A stretch of 35,792 bases of DNA, from assembly GCA_051439505.1 (NCBI GenBank), contig JBFRWI010000213.1, positions 1-35,792 on the forward strand, read 5' to 3'. A program made the position numbers and the translations under genes. Of this stretch, positions 8,390 through 18,754 are shown in pieces. The stretch comes from Hormoscilla sp. Lineage in GTDB: Bacteria; Cyanobacteriota; Cyanobacteriia; Cyanobacteriales; Desertifilaceae. Under the pieces are notes generated by a model. It made no database searches and was not told the origin of the DNA. It saw only the letters and a list, made by a program, of their open reading frames with translations. The number at the start of each line of letters is the position of its first letter. The stretch's first letter is position 1.

Positions 8390-9427
8390 CTATAAAGTCC
8401 GACGGGGGCTAACCACCCGTTCCAGTTGCTTAAAGTTTTCCAACACCCGACCCGTTCCCAAAACCACACAGCAGAGGGGGTCAGATGCTACATGGGTAAC
8501 AATTCCCGTTTCGTGAGCGACCAGGGTATCTAGCCCCTTCAACAAGGCACCCCCTCCAGCCAACATTATGCCACGATCGATAATATCTGCTGCCAGTTCC
8601 GGCGGTGTCCGTTCTAGAGTCCGCTTGACAGCTTCGATAATCATCGACAGGGGTTCCAACATGCTTTCGCGGATTTCTGGGGCCTTGATGCTCACAGTTC
8701 TGGGCAAACCAGAGAGCAAGTGTAGACCCCGCACCTCCATTGACCCCTCATCAACATTCATCGTTGGGTAAGCTGAACCTATCTGAATCTTGATTTCTTC
8801 AGCAGTTCGCTCTCCCACGGTCAGGTTATGAACCTTTTTCATGTACATGATGATAGAATCAGTTAACTCATCCCCAGCAATCCGCACTGATTCGCTGATC
8901 ACCGTCCCTTGCAAGCTCAGAACTGCTACTTCCGTCGTACCGCCGCCAATATCAATAATCATATTACCAGTGGGTTCCGCTACCGGTAGCCCTGCCCCGA
9001 TCGCCGCTGCTACCGGTTCTTCAATCAGATAAACATCTCTGGCCCCGGCCTGAGCAGCCGCTTCCATGACCGCCCGTCTTTCTACCCCGGTGACGCCGCT
9101 GGGAATGCCAATCACAATTCGGGGTGCAATTAAGCCAGTTCTGCCTTCATGCACTCGCTCGATAAAATGCTTGATCATCAGTTCGGCGGTGTCGAAGTCG
9201 GCAATCACGCCATCCCGCAGTGGCCGGAAAGTTTCCACATTTCCTGGTGTACGTCCCAACATTTTTTTTGCGTCTTCCCCTACAGCCAAGGCCACTTTTG
9301 TCTCCCGGTCGAGGGCGACCACAGACGGCTCTTGCAGCACAATCCCTTTACCGGATACATAAACCAATGTGTTGGCGGTACCGAGGTCGATACCCATGTC
9401 CCGTGAAAAACGACTGAAAATACCCAC
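8390..9427 (-). CDS. mreB: Actin-like rod shape-determining protein MreB
   Basis: GIDLGTANT, DIGGGTT and GGGALL motifs. Confidence 0.97.
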   Translation of the reverse strand: MGIFSRFSRDMGIDLGTANTLVYVSGKGIVLQEPSVVALDRETKVALAVGEDAKKMLGRTPGNVETFRPLRDGVIADFDTAELMIKHFIERVHEGRTGLIAPRIVIGIPSGVTGVERRAVMEAAAQAGARDVYLIEEPVAAAIGAGLPVAEPTGNMIIDIGGGTTEVAVLSLQGTVISESVRIAGDELTDSIIMYMKKVHNLTVGERTAEEIKIQIGSAYPTMNVDEGSMEVRGLHLLSGLPRTVSIKAPEIRESMLEPLSMIIEAVKRTLERTPPELAADIIDRGIMLAGGGALLKGLDTLVAHETGIVTHVASDPLCCVVLGTGRVLENFKQLERVVSPRRTL

Positions 9428-9864
9428 CAGTTTTTACGCCCCTAAATGCTATTTTATCCTTTGCTACGGATCTCTAATCTAACCGAGTCCGATTCTCGGA
9501 TTTTTTTTCGACCGAGTCTAGCCAGCCACCAATGGAGAACCCTCACGGGACCATCTAGTAGATCGGCCCTCATTGCCACAAACCCGGGTTGGTAGTGCTA
9601 TAATATATTAATTTGCTGACCATCGTAGCGCTCCATCGCCACATGGCTCTGGCATCAGACATCAGTTTTTCCGATTGCCACAGTTGCCAACAATCTGCAA
9701 CTATATTCGGTGGCTCCGAGATTGATTCGACCGATCGAGTTGTGGGCCTTATGTGGGACTGTAGCGTATTATATAGCTAAAGGCGCAACAGCGACAGCAG
9801 CACCAAAAGTTGCCGCTTTGACTAAAAAGCGATCGAACATGATGCAGAGGTACAGAAAATAATC

Positions 9865-10230
9865 ATGAATCTTAATATTGTTCATCTGGTAGGGCGCGCG
9901 GGAGGAGATCCGGACGTAAAATATTTCGAGTCAGGGGCGGTAAAATGTAGACTAACCCTAGCAGTCAATCGCCGCACCCGTAAAACAGATCAACCGGACT
10001 GGTTTAGTCTGGAGTTGTGGGGCAGGACGGCAGAGATAGCTGGTAACTATGTCCGCAAGGGCAGCTTGATTGGTGTTACAGGTGCCTTAAAGTTTGACCA
10101 ATGGCAAGACCGCAATACAGGAGCGGCGCGCTCGGCACCAATCATTAGGGTAGACCGGCTGGATTTATTGGGTTCCAAGCGGGATAATGAAGCGATGGCC
10201 GCTGAATATGGCAGCAGCGATGAGTTTTAG
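9865..10230 (+). CDS. ssb: Single-stranded DNA-binding protein
   Basis: OB-fold SSB motifs (LVGRAGGDP, DWFSLELWG, YVRKGSLI) and an acidic C-terminus ending in F. Confidence 0.92.
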   Translation: MNLNIVHLVGRAGGDPDVKYFESGAVKCRLTLAVNRRTRKTDQPDWFSLELWGRTAEIAGNYVRKGSLIGVTGALKFDQWQDRNTGAARSAPIIRVDRLDLLGSKRDNEAMAAEYGSSDEF

Positions 10231-10282
10231 CTCCTGGCGGGACGCCTCAGTAGCGGGTGTGGTCTGGCAGTTGTTGCTTCCG

Positions 10283-10332
10283 GATCCCCCCAAGCCCCCC
10301 GTTACAAGGCAGAGCCTCGTAACGAGGGGGGA
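10283..10332. repeat. Nested palindromic small dispersed repeat
   Basis: C-rich and G-rich outer arms enclose cgttacaaggcagagcctcgtaacg. Confidence 0.5.
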
Positions 10333-10513
10333 GTGAGGTCAGCGGTCACCGCCCACCCCATCCTACTACTACCGGTGTTAAAGTAGGCACCCCCCACCGC
10401 ATCCTGGCACTGCCGGTGTTACAGTTAACTTTTCGTTCTGGACTACACCAGTCAGAAGCCTTGAGCCAATTGGCTAACAAGACAACATACCGGTAAATCC
10501 GGAACCTGATTTA

Positions 10514-10585
10514 TGGGTCGCCCGGGATTCGAACCCGGAACTAATCGGTTAAAAGCCGAGTACTCTACCATTGAGTTAGCGACCC
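10514..10585 (-). tRNA. tRNA-Lys(UUU)
   Basis: The reverse complement GGGTCGCTAACTCAATGGTAGAGTACTCGGCTTTTAACCGATTAGTTCCGGGTTCGAATCCCGGGCGACCCA folds as a cloverleaf with anticodon TTT and a GTTCGAA T-loop. Confidence 0.97.
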
Positions 10586-10648
10586 GTCGGACTTTATTTT
10601 CCTTTCTTCTTCAAGATAACACAGATTTCTCCAAGTGGGAAGGGGTAT

Positions 10649-11518
10649 TTACAAAAAATTTACTGCGATCCGTACAAAAGTTTCCAAATCAGCTCCCGGT
10701 TCCAGGGAAAGCAGGTTTTCGCCGGTATTCAGAGCGTTGCGGGGACCGGTCCAGGGTTCGAGACAATAGAAATCTTTGCCCTTAACTGTCCAGAAAACTA
10801 GGGTAGAGTAGGTATCGTCCCAGGTCACGGTCAGTTGTAACTGCCGGCTCTTGTCTGTCACGCTAGCGGACTTACCGGTGGGGTGGCGAAAGGCTACATC
10901 AATTTCATCCTGATTGAAGTCAAAGACACCGTTGAAGGGATGGATCTCTTGGCTGCCCTTTTCTTGGTACCGGTCTGCTGGGATGTCAATGTCCAGCTGG
11001 CCTTTGTCATAAACTAGGAAGTAGGGATGAAATCCTGCCGAAAAGGGCATCTGTGAGGCCGATCGATTCTCGTAACGCTGCTTTATTTCCAGGCTGTTCC
11101 CCTTGAGCGCATAAGTAAACTGGACATTGAAGTCAAAAGGGTAAACGGCCCGAGTCTGGTCGTTGCTGTTGAGTTCCACCGTCAGACTAGCGAGGTCATT
11201 CGCGACTCGATCTGTGACTTCCCAGGGCAGTTCCCGGGCGAAACCATGTTGCTTGAGAGTATATTCTTTCCCCTGTAAGCTGTAGATGTTATCGGGTAAG
11301 TTACCACATATGGGGAATAAAATCGGAATCCCTCCCCGGACGCTTAAGTCTGGGTTCTTAAACCGTTCGCTGTCCAGATAGAATATTTCCTGACCTTGCA
11401 GTTGCCAGCGGGTGACTATTCCACCTCGTTCTGGCACTACCTCCAGTCTAGACAGGGCCGCTTCGTCAGACAGAATGTAGGTTTTGTACTGTTCTTGTTT
11501 GATTGCGATTTCATACAT
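10649..11518 (-). CDS. Aldose 1-epimerase family protein
   Basis: RGGIPILFP, QHGFAR, GFHPYF and CLEPW motifs. Confidence 0.92.
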   Translation of the reverse strand: MYEIAIKQEQYKTYILSDEAALSRLEVVPERGGIVTRWQLQGQEIFYLDSERFKNPDLSVRGGIPILFPICGNLPDNIYSLQGKEYTLKQHGFARELPWEVTDRVANDLASLTVELNSNDQTRAVYPFDFNVQFTYALKGNSLEIKQRYENRSASQMPFSAGFHPYFLVYDKGQLDIDIPADRYQEKGSQEIHPFNGVFDFNQDEIDVAFRHPTGKSASVTDKSRQLQLTVTWDDTYSTLVFWTVKGKDFYCLEPWTGPRNALNTGENLLSLEPGADLETFVRIAVNFL

Positions 11519-11546
11519 GGTCTTCTGGAGTTGTTCCGATCTACTA

Positions 11547-13019
11547 TTAACACGAACGACGACTGCGAGTACCTGGTTTTTGATATTTTTGCTCCCAAGC
11601 CCGGATCAGATGTGAGGTTTTCACTGATGTTAGAGGTGATTCGGCTACAGCATAGATGGCTGCTTGACGGGCCAGCGCCTTGATTTCTCCGCCACTCAAG
11701 GGCCAGCGGCGGGCGAGAAACTGCCAATCTATGTCAGGATCTAGGGGGACTTGGGCCGGAAATGCCTGTTGCCACAATTGCAGTCTCGCGTCCTCCTGAG
11801 GTAAGGGTAATTCGATTATCTGGTCTAATTGTCGTACAATGCTGGGCTTGACAGTCTGTCTCCTTTCCACCGTCAGCAGGGTAATGCAATGTTGCTGTTG
11901 GCGCTGGTGCAGGAATTGATTGATTTGGGTTGCACTCAGGGTGCCCTTGCGACCCAGCCACTCTTGTGCCGATTTTACTAGCAATACCGTTGGTGATGTT
12001 GCCATTATTTCTGCCCATACTTGCTCTTGAGCATAGCTGTCCAGTAAAGCTAAATCTGTCGTTGCTAAAGGTTTTTGTAACGTATGGGCGATCGCCTGAG
12101 CTGCCGTAGTTTTCCCCGTACCAGCTACTCCTGTTAATAATACCACTACTCCCGCCTTAGCATCTCCTCTCATACCCCAGACAACATCTACCTGGGACTG
12201 CAATTGCCACTGTCTGCATAGATGTTGCAAAGATCCCAACTGTTCTGCTGGCAATATTAAATCTGACCAATATTTGGGAGTTTGGCTGATTTCCAATATC
12301 GAAGATAATTTTTTTCGATTCTGTTTTTGGACCAAGCTAGAGAGCACTTGTGGATCTGGAGAAGCCGCTAGCAGGTAATTCACTAATTGCACATTTAGTT
12401 TTAGCCTGCGTTCCAGAAGGGTTTGAGCATTATCATCTAGGAGTTCTACCAAACCGAGCGCAAATAAGGGAGAATTGCTCGTCAAGCGAGTGCGGGCATC
12501 TCGCCAGTCCGTGTCATTCCGACACAGCAGCCTAAACACTAAATCAACTGTCGGCAACCTTTCCGCTTCCGTTCCTTGCAGGTAGCCATACAGCTGTCCA
12601 TAGCGGCGATTTACTTCTGGTGCTAGACTAATGATCACCAGATTTTTTTCAAATAGGGTTAATGCCGCCCGATCGCGTAGGGAAGGCACCCCCAGCACTA
12701 TTCCCCGAGCGTAACTAGCTTGGATCCTCGCCTCCAACTGTTGCTGATAGCCATTTTTGGGCGGGGGATTAGTTAGCCCTGGTATATTAGGTTGAGGCTG
12801 ATGCTTGTCATCATTTCCTATTTGCTTTTCCAGGGTGATTAAACCCTTCCACCAGTGACTCGTCGCCTGGTCCGCTTTCGACTTAGCAACTTTCTCCACT
12901 TCCTTGACATCTTGTCGCTGTCGTGCGACTGCTAACCTGAGCAAGCGGTCTAGCCAGCTTAATTCTAGTCTCAGATAAGCCCAATTATCAGCAAGAGCTA
13001 AAGTCCGATCACTCGCCAT
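11547..13019 (-). CDS. AAA+ ATPase-like protein
   Basis: Walker A GVAGTGKT and an AAA lid region (LSGGEI). Walker B appears degenerate. Confidence 0.8.
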   Translation of the reverse strand: MASDRTLALADNWAYLRLELSWLDRLLRLAVARQRQDVKEVEKVAKSKADQATSHWWKGLITLEKQIGNDDKHQPQPNIPGLTNPPPKNGYQQQLEARIQASYARGIVLGVPSLRDRAALTLFEKNLVIISLAPEVNRRYGQLYGYLQGTEAERLPTVDLVFRLLCRNDTDWRDARTRLTSNSPLFALGLVELLDDNAQTLLERRLKLNVQLVNYLLAASPDPQVLSSLVQKQNRKKLSSILEISQTPKYWSDLILPAEQLGSLQHLCRQWQLQSQVDVVWGMRGDAKAGVVVLLTGVAGTGKTTAAQAIAHTLQKPLATTDLALLDSYAQEQVWAEIMATSPTVLLVKSAQEWLGRKGTLSATQINQFLHQRQQQHCITLLTVERRQTVKPSIVRQLDQIIELPLPQEDARLQLWQQAFPAQVPLDPDIDWQFLARRWPLSGGEIKALARQAAIYAVAESPLTSVKTSHLIRAWEQKYQKPGTRSRRSC

Positions 13020-13440
13020 TAGTCAACATCCGTATAAATTCTAGAGGCAATCCATCCCTGTCCGCAATAAAAGCCACTTCATAAACCCGATCGCCTATCA
13101 TTTGCTGAGTAGGCTCCAGCAGTACCTGCATTGGTGGCAGCCGTCCTGTGTCCCTCAAGCGTCCGGCTAAGGCTGTCAACCAGCTAGGTAAGTCAGTTGT
13201 TACTTCTGTCAGATCGAAGGATAAGTGGTAATATCCAGTATAATGTTCATCGCGAAAGGCGTCTGCTGCCGGACGCGGTTCCGGAATTTGAATCAGTTCG
13301 ATGCGCCCTCCCAACCCTTCCATCCAGCAGGCCAGAGTCATCCCGGTAGTAAAGCGTTCCTTAACTACCAAGCCTAACTGTTCGTAAAAGGCGATCGCCT
13401 GATGTATATTTGCAGTGCGAATGGAGACGTGATGCATCAT
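13009..13440 (-). CDS. VOC/glyoxalase family protein
   Basis: HHVSIRT, YHLSF and DRDGLPLE motifs. Confidence 0.9.
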   Translation of the reverse strand: MMHHVSIRTANIHQAIAFYEQLGLVVKERFTTGMTLACWMEGLGGRIELIQIPEPRPAADAFRDEHYTGYYHLSFDLTEVTTDLPSWLTALAGRLRDTGRLPPMQVLLEPTQQMIGDRVYEVAFIADRDGLPLEFIRMLTNGE

Positions 13441-13446
13441 CAGTGG

Positions 13447-13956
13447 TTACTCAAATAGGCGGAAATAGGGATAACGCACCGGTGTACCCGGTTCTTTTTC
13501 TAAGTCAAAATTTATGACCTCCCAGCAAGGTTCCTCTGCCGGGTCGGGACTAAAGGATACTGGCAAACCATAAAGCTGAGGTGGCCGAGGTTCGGCCTGG
13601 GGACGCCAAGGGATGCTGCGTTCTAGGTAGGAGCCAATCAACTCTTTATAGCGCATCGCAATAATCACTCGCGTTGCCCGGTATCCTTGAGTATAGAGCC
13701 GATCGAGAGCTTCGTGGATTTCAAACCGAATCCCATCGGGATGGGTATGCTGCCGATACCATTGGTCGTTCCAGCGACGCCAGTGACGCCCTGACTGGAG
13801 GTGGACCAGTTCACCTGTTTGCGGGTCTGCCTCAAATGCACCATGACGGGGACATAGATAAGTATCCGTCAGGGTCAACGCCGGTATCATCTGGCGGCAA
13901 TGTGGGCATTGAATCTCTGCCCCAAATATGGGGTATTGTAATGCTGGATTGATCAT
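13447..13956 (-). CDS. Conserved cyanobacterial Zn-ribbon protein (TIGR02652-like)
   Basis: CPHC...CPRHG motif; recognised as a conserved cyanobacterial hypothetical protein next to the VOC and gamma-CA genes. Confidence 0.75.
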   Translation of the reverse strand: MINPALQYPIFGAEIQCPHCRQMIPALTLTDTYLCPRHGAFEADPQTGELVHLQSGRHWRRWNDQWYRQHTHPDGIRFEIHEALDRLYTQGYRATRVIIAMRYKELIGSYLERSIPWRPQAEPRPPQLYGLPVSFSPDPAEEPCWEVINFDLEKEPGTPVRYPYFRLFE

Positions 13957-14076
13957 CGGGCATTCAAGAGCATAATGGATATTTGCACGCTGCTACCAGT
14001 TGTCTTATTATAACTAGGGGCATTCTATCTATATGCCCATTCTAGGTCCATTCACTCGACCACCGCGATTGGCTAA

Positions 14077-14637
14077 ATGATTATGAGCAATTTCTCGATC
14101 GCCAAAGATAACCAGACTTCCTATTGGCCAACTCCCGATTTATCTACATCTGCTTTTGTGGCGGCAAATGCCACAGTGATGGGCTGGGTGCAGCTCGGAG
14201 CCGGTGCGAGCATTTGGTATGGAGCTGTGGTCCGGGGGGATGTGGAACGGATAGAAATTGGAGAATATTCAAATATTCAGGATGGGGCGATTTTACATGG
14301 CGACCCCGGTCAGCCGACGATAATAGCCGATTATGTCACGGTGGGTCATCGGGCAGTGATTCACAGTGCCTATATTGAACGGGGTAGTCTGATTGGTATT
14401 GGTGCGGTGGTACTCAATGGAGTGCGGGTAGGTGCTAGTAGCATCATCGGTGCCGGTGCGGTGGTGACCAAGGATGTGCCGCCCAATTCCCTGGTTTTGG
14501 GGGTTCCCGCTCAACGGGTACGGGAGGTTTCGCCAACGAAAGCCAAAGAACTGATCGAACATGCTCAGCACTATCAACAACTGGCGCTGGTGCATGCTGG
14601 CAAGGGGACGAACCCGGGGTTCGCCCAGCCCCATTGA
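14077..14637 (+). CDS. Gamma carbonic anhydrase family protein
   Basis: Hexapeptide repeats with RGD, NIQDG and His ligands in LHG, VGH and IHS. Confidence 0.9.
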   Translation: MIMSNFSIAKDNQTSYWPTPDLSTSAFVAANATVMGWVQLGAGASIWYGAVVRGDVERIEIGEYSNIQDGAILHGDPGQPTIIADYVTVGHRAVIHSAYIERGSLIGIGAVVLNGVRVGASSIIGAGAVVTKDVPPNSLVLGVPAQRVREVSPTKAKELIEHAQHYQQLALVHAGKGTNPGFAQPH

Positions 14638-14738
14638 ACGAGTGCGGCAATCTCAATTGTGAAAAACTCGCTCAGTTAGGTTAATAATATAATTATGAGA
14701 ATGATTAAAAAAACTTAAACTTAGGAGGACAACACAAC

Positions 14739-14858
14739 ATGGACTGGCGGATTATAGTAGTTTTGCTGCCCCTTATCGTGGCGGGCGGCTGGGCATTTTT
14801 CAACATCGGTAAAATTGCGATCGAGCAGATCCAGGAATTTTTGAATAAGGAAGCTTAG
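14739..14858 (+). CDS. psbY: Photosystem II protein Y (39 aa, below the ORF-track cutoff)
   Basis: Translates to [39 protein letters not shown], with an AGGAGG RBS at 14723-14728. Confidence 0.92.
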   Translation: MDWRIIVVLLPLIVAGGWAFFNIGKIAIEQIQEFLNKEA

Positions 14859-15547
14859 TGTCAGTGACCAGTGACTAGCGACCAGTGACGCCAGGTTTAA
14901 CTCTGCTGTTGATGGCGGGATTATGGTCGCTGGTCGGTTATTGTGGCTAAAGATATCATGGTCTCAGCGGGCCTCGGTACACAGGCGGGCCCGCTTAGGC
15001 TCGTTATCTAAGGCGGTTTCTGGGCTGTCGATCCTGTACCAATTTATGGCCCTCACGCTCGGGACGGGATCGTACACTTGGCGATCGCACCCACGCGATC
15101 GCGGCTAAAAGGCTTATGGGGCAAGGCTTGAGCGGCATAACTCCTTGCACAAAACATGTAGGCTTGCTATATTTCCGACATATCAATGTTCAAGTTTTAT
15201 TAAGATTCAAGACTTATGCATCACTTCCTTTACACTCTCTTCTAAAATACTCAGTCCCTGTTTTAGCAAGTCCTGCCAATATATTTTTGGCGTTGCACAT
15301 TTTTACCGATGATAGCAGCCAATTGTTAAAATTTGCGCTCTGGCAGAGGACGAAGTCGCGCAGCGGAGGGGGCCCGGAGCGTGCAGGAGCGCTATTGCTA
15401 ATTGAAAAGAGTAAATAGATATTTATGACTACAAATGACTATTCTCTTGCCCGCCATTGACAATCAATTGACAAATATGAAATGCTCCGATGTAGTTGAC
15501 AGATAAGATTGTTAATGATATGGTAAAAAGGTCAAGATAGTAAGTAT

Positions 15548-16801
15548 TTGCCAGTAGAGAAGGAAAAATTGGATATTCAGGAAATCCTCGAACCATTTCA
15601 ACATTTTGGCATCCGCCTGGGACTAGAACGAATGCACCAGCTATTAGCTGCTAAGGGTAATCCTCATCAGCAAGTCCCAATTATTCACGTGGCGGGTACG
15701 AATGGCAAAGGATCTGTTTGTGCCTATCTGTCAGCAGTATTAACTCAGGCGGGTTATCGGGTCGGATGCTATACTTCGCCTCATTTAGTGGATTGGACGG
15801 AACGTATATGTATCGACGAAAAGCAGATCGCCTCGGAAAAACTCCAGCAACTCCTAATTCAGGTTATTGATGCCATCTCCCCAGGAGAAGAGTCACCGAC
15901 TCAGTTTGAAGTATTGACCGCTGCGGCATGGCTGTACTTTGCCCAAGAACAATGTGATATTGCGGTAATGGAAGTAGGATTAGGCGGAAGATTGGATGCT
16001 ACAAATGTATGCGATCGCCCCTTAGTCACCATCATCACCTCCATCAGTCGGGATCATTGGCAAGTCCTCGGTCCTACCCTAGCTGACATTGCCAGAGAAA
16101 AAGCCGGGATCCTCAAAAGGGGATGTCCAGCAATCATTGGACAGCTGCCGCCAGCAGCAATGACTGTGGTAAAACAGAGAATAGCAGAACTAGACTGTCG
16201 GGCCATTTATCCGGAAAATGCAGTATACTTAGAACCAGGCTGGGCAGCCTATCTTGGTATGAAATATCCCTTGCCCTTACTGGGAGACATGCAACTGGGT
16301 AATTCCGCCCTGGCGATCGCCTGTCTGCAAATCCTCAGACAGCAAGGTTGGGACATAACGGCCGATGCTATCAGTCAGGGCATGGCAAAAACAACCTGGC
16401 CAGGACGGATCCAATGGACAACTTGGCGCCACCATCCTATATTGATCGATGGGGCCCATAATGGGGCCGCCGCCGCAGCATTACGCCAGTATGTTGACAA
16501 TCTCGACAGCCAAGCAGTAAACTGGGTAATAGGTATGCTCTCCACCAAAGACCACGGAGAAATATTCACAGCCTTGCTGCGTCCAGGTGACAAGTTATAT
16601 CTAGTACCAGTACCAGATCCTCGTGGATCTGACCCACAACAGCTAGCTTTGCTAGCTAGGAGTATATGTACTTCTTTGGCTAGTTGTCAAGTATGTCTAG
16701 ATCTGAAGGCAGGTCTAGAAGCATCTGTGACAGATAGAGAAAAATTAACAGTATTATCAGGTTCTCTATATCTTGTAGGTCATTTCCTAGCCAGTAGTTA
16801 G
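15548..16801 (+). CDS. folC: Folylpolyglutamate synthase/dihydrofolate synthase
   Basis: HVAGTNGKGS, YTSPHL, EVGLGGRLDATN and DGAHN motifs. Confidence 0.96.
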   Translation: MPVEKEKLDIQEILEPFQHFGIRLGLERMHQLLAAKGNPHQQVPIIHVAGTNGKGSVCAYLSAVLTQAGYRVGCYTSPHLVDWTERICIDEKQIASEKLQQLLIQVIDAISPGEESPTQFEVLTAAAWLYFAQEQCDIAVMEVGLGGRLDATNVCDRPLVTIITSISRDHWQVLGPTLADIAREKAGILKRGCPAIIGQLPPAAMTVVKQRIAELDCRAIYPENAVYLEPGWAAYLGMKYPLPLLGDMQLGNSALAIACLQILRQQGWDITADAISQGMAKTTWPGRIQWTTWRHHPILIDGAHNGAAAAALRQYVDNLDSQAVNWVIGMLSTKDHGEIFTALLRPGDKLYLVPVPDPRGSDPQQLALLARSICTSLASCQVCLDLKAGLEASVTDREKLTVLSGSLYLVGHFLASS

Positions 16802-16831
16802 TGGCGAGTATTCAGTAGTAAAATTTGCATA

Positions 16832-17944
16832 TTGAAGATGGTAAATTTCCTCAAAAGTTTAATAGAAAAGCGCCCTCAAGGAATAGGTGTGGAACTGACG
16901 CCTGAGAAAGTGAATATAGTTCGTCTGAGCAAAAAAGGTCAAGGATATAAATTGCTCAATTTACACTCGGCAGAGGTGCCAGAAGGGGTATATGAAGAGG
17001 GACAGATAATAGATGCGCCAGAAATGGCGCAAGTGATTCAGACGTTGCTAGATGAAAATAAGATTAAGGTAAAAAATGCGGCGACAGCAGTATCGGGAAG
17101 GGAAGCGGTAACCCGTTTGATCCCAGTGCCAGCAGAATTGGACGAAGGTGAACTGAAGGAAATGGTGCTGAACCAAGAAGCAGGTTTATATTTGCCGTTT
17201 CCCCGGGAAGAAGCAGATGTGGATTATCAGAAGCTGGATCTGATGATAGATGACGATGGCATAGAAAAGGTGCGAGTTCTGCTAGTGGCAACCCGCAAGG
17301 AAGTGACAGATAACTATATCAATACATTTGAACAGGCAGGGTTGCAACTGAAGATTTTAGAAATTAGCAGTTTTGCTTTGATTAGGACAATTAGAGAACA
17401 GTTGCGGCAATTTGCGCCCTCGGAAGCAGTGGCGATCGCGAATATAGAATATGAGGGGACGGAAATAGCGATCGCGGTAAATGGGGTGCCGCAGTTTTCG
17501 CGCACGGTCCCCCTAGGGACGGCCCAAATACAGTCGGCCCTCTCCCAAGCGATGAACCTCCCGCCTTCGAGGAATACGGAATTGCTACAAGGAATGTCAA
17601 TTCCGACGACACCAGTGGATAGCGTGCGTACCGGGATGACGGGCACAAATCCGGGTGCGGCTGCTATGATTAGAGTATTGGGAGAATTGGCAGATGAACT
17701 GCGTAGATCGATTGATTTCTACGTAAATCAAGGGGAAAATCAGGAAGTGGCTCAACTGCTACTAGCAGGACCGGGTGCTGGTATAGGACAACTAGATGAA
17801 TTCTTCACTCAGAGATTGTCGGTACCAACTTCGTTTGTGGACCCGATCGAGGTTCTATCTTTAGAGTTAGAGACAGAAATACCCCCTAGCCAAAGACCGG
17901 GTTTAGGGGTAGCATTGGGATTGGGATTGCGATTTGTAAATTGA
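16832..17944 (+). CDS. pilM: Type IV pilus assembly protein PilM
   Basis: Actin-like PilM sequence (ELRRSIDFY, ALGLGLR); first gene of pilMNOQ. Confidence 0.92.
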   Translation: MKMVNFLKSLIEKRPQGIGVELTPEKVNIVRLSKKGQGYKLLNLHSAEVPEGVYEEGQIIDAPEMAQVIQTLLDENKIKVKNAATAVSGREAVTRLIPVPAELDEGELKEMVLNQEAGLYLPFPREEADVDYQKLDLMIDDDGIEKVRVLLVATRKEVTDNYINTFEQAGLQLKILEISSFALIRTIREQLRQFAPSEAVAIANIEYEGTEIAIAVNGVPQFSRTVPLGTAQIQSALSQAMNLPPSRNTELLQGMSIPTTPVDSVRTGMTGTNPGAAAMIRVLGELADELRRSIDFYVNQGENQEVAQLLLAGPGAGIGQLDEFFTQRLSVPTSFVDPIEVLSLELETEIPPSQRPGLGVALGLGLRFVN

Positions 17945-17956
17945 GGTGTTAACAAC

Positions 17957-18739
17957 ATGTATAGCCTAGAAATTAATTTTCTCGCAGACAGACCAGAATA
18001 TCAACAACCAAAGAAAGAGAAGGGGACGGGAACGGGATCCCAAATAAATCCCAAGGATATCGTCCCGGTGGCAGCGGGTTTGATGGTGGCAGGAGCGCTG
18101 GTGGGGGGAGCTTTGGGGATAAAAATGTACTACGATGGAGAAAATGAAAAGTTGCAAGCTAAAGTGGGGAAAGCTGATAGTAGTCTCAATCAGATAGAGG
18201 CAAAAAAGAAGAAAATAGAAGCAATCAACAAAGAAACCGAGGAGATCGATGCTCAGACGGAAGCGCTAGCAACGGTGTTTAATCAGATCAAACCTTGGTC
18301 GGCATTGTTGCAGGAAATCCGCGATCGGACGCCATCCGGGGTGCAAATAGAAGCCATGAAACAGGTAGAAGTGGTAACGAGAATTCCGGCAAAGAACAAA
18401 AGAGAAAAGCCGACTGAGATTAAAAAAGTGGGGATTGAAATTACGGGATTGGCAAGGTCATATAATGATGTGAACGATTTTATGCTGATGCTGAAAAAAT
18501 CGAGTTTCTTCAGCGGGGAGGAGACGGAAATGCTGTCAACGAGAATGACAACAAACCCCACAAGGGTGAAAGTTCCCGAAGGCAGTGAGATTAAGGTGGA
18601 ACTGCCACCGGTGGTCAGATACAAAATCCGCACATTCTTGTCAGATGTTCCAGCAGAAGAACTCCTTGCAGAACTAGAACGGAAAGGAGCACTGGGATTG
18701 GTAAATAGGATCGAAGATATCAAAAGAATTAGGGAATAA
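17957..18739 (+). CDS. pilN: Type IV pilus assembly protein PilN
   Basis: N-terminal EINFL motif, TM, coiled coil and ferredoxin-like C-terminus. Confidence 0.88.
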   Translation: MYSLEINFLADRPEYQQPKKEKGTGTGSQINPKDIVPVAAGLMVAGALVGGALGIKMYYDGENEKLQAKVGKADSSLNQIEAKKKKIEAINKETEEIDAQTEALATVFNQIKPWSALLQEIRDRTPSGVQIEAMKQVEVVTRIPAKNKREKPTEIKKVGIEITGLARSYNDVNDFMLMLKKSSFFSGEETEMLSTRMTTNPTRVKVPEGSEIKVELPPVVRYKIRTFLSDVPAEELLAELERKGALGLVNRIEDIKRIRE

Positions 18740-18754
18740 ACAGGAGGAGAAAAA

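Noticed and set aside
10513..10785. 90-aa ORF on the plus strand
   Set aside because: It is the antisense shadow of tRNA-Lys and the epimerase 3' end.
14923..15418. Short ORFs between psbY and folC
   Set aside because: No motifs or clear RBS, and they are mutually overlapping.
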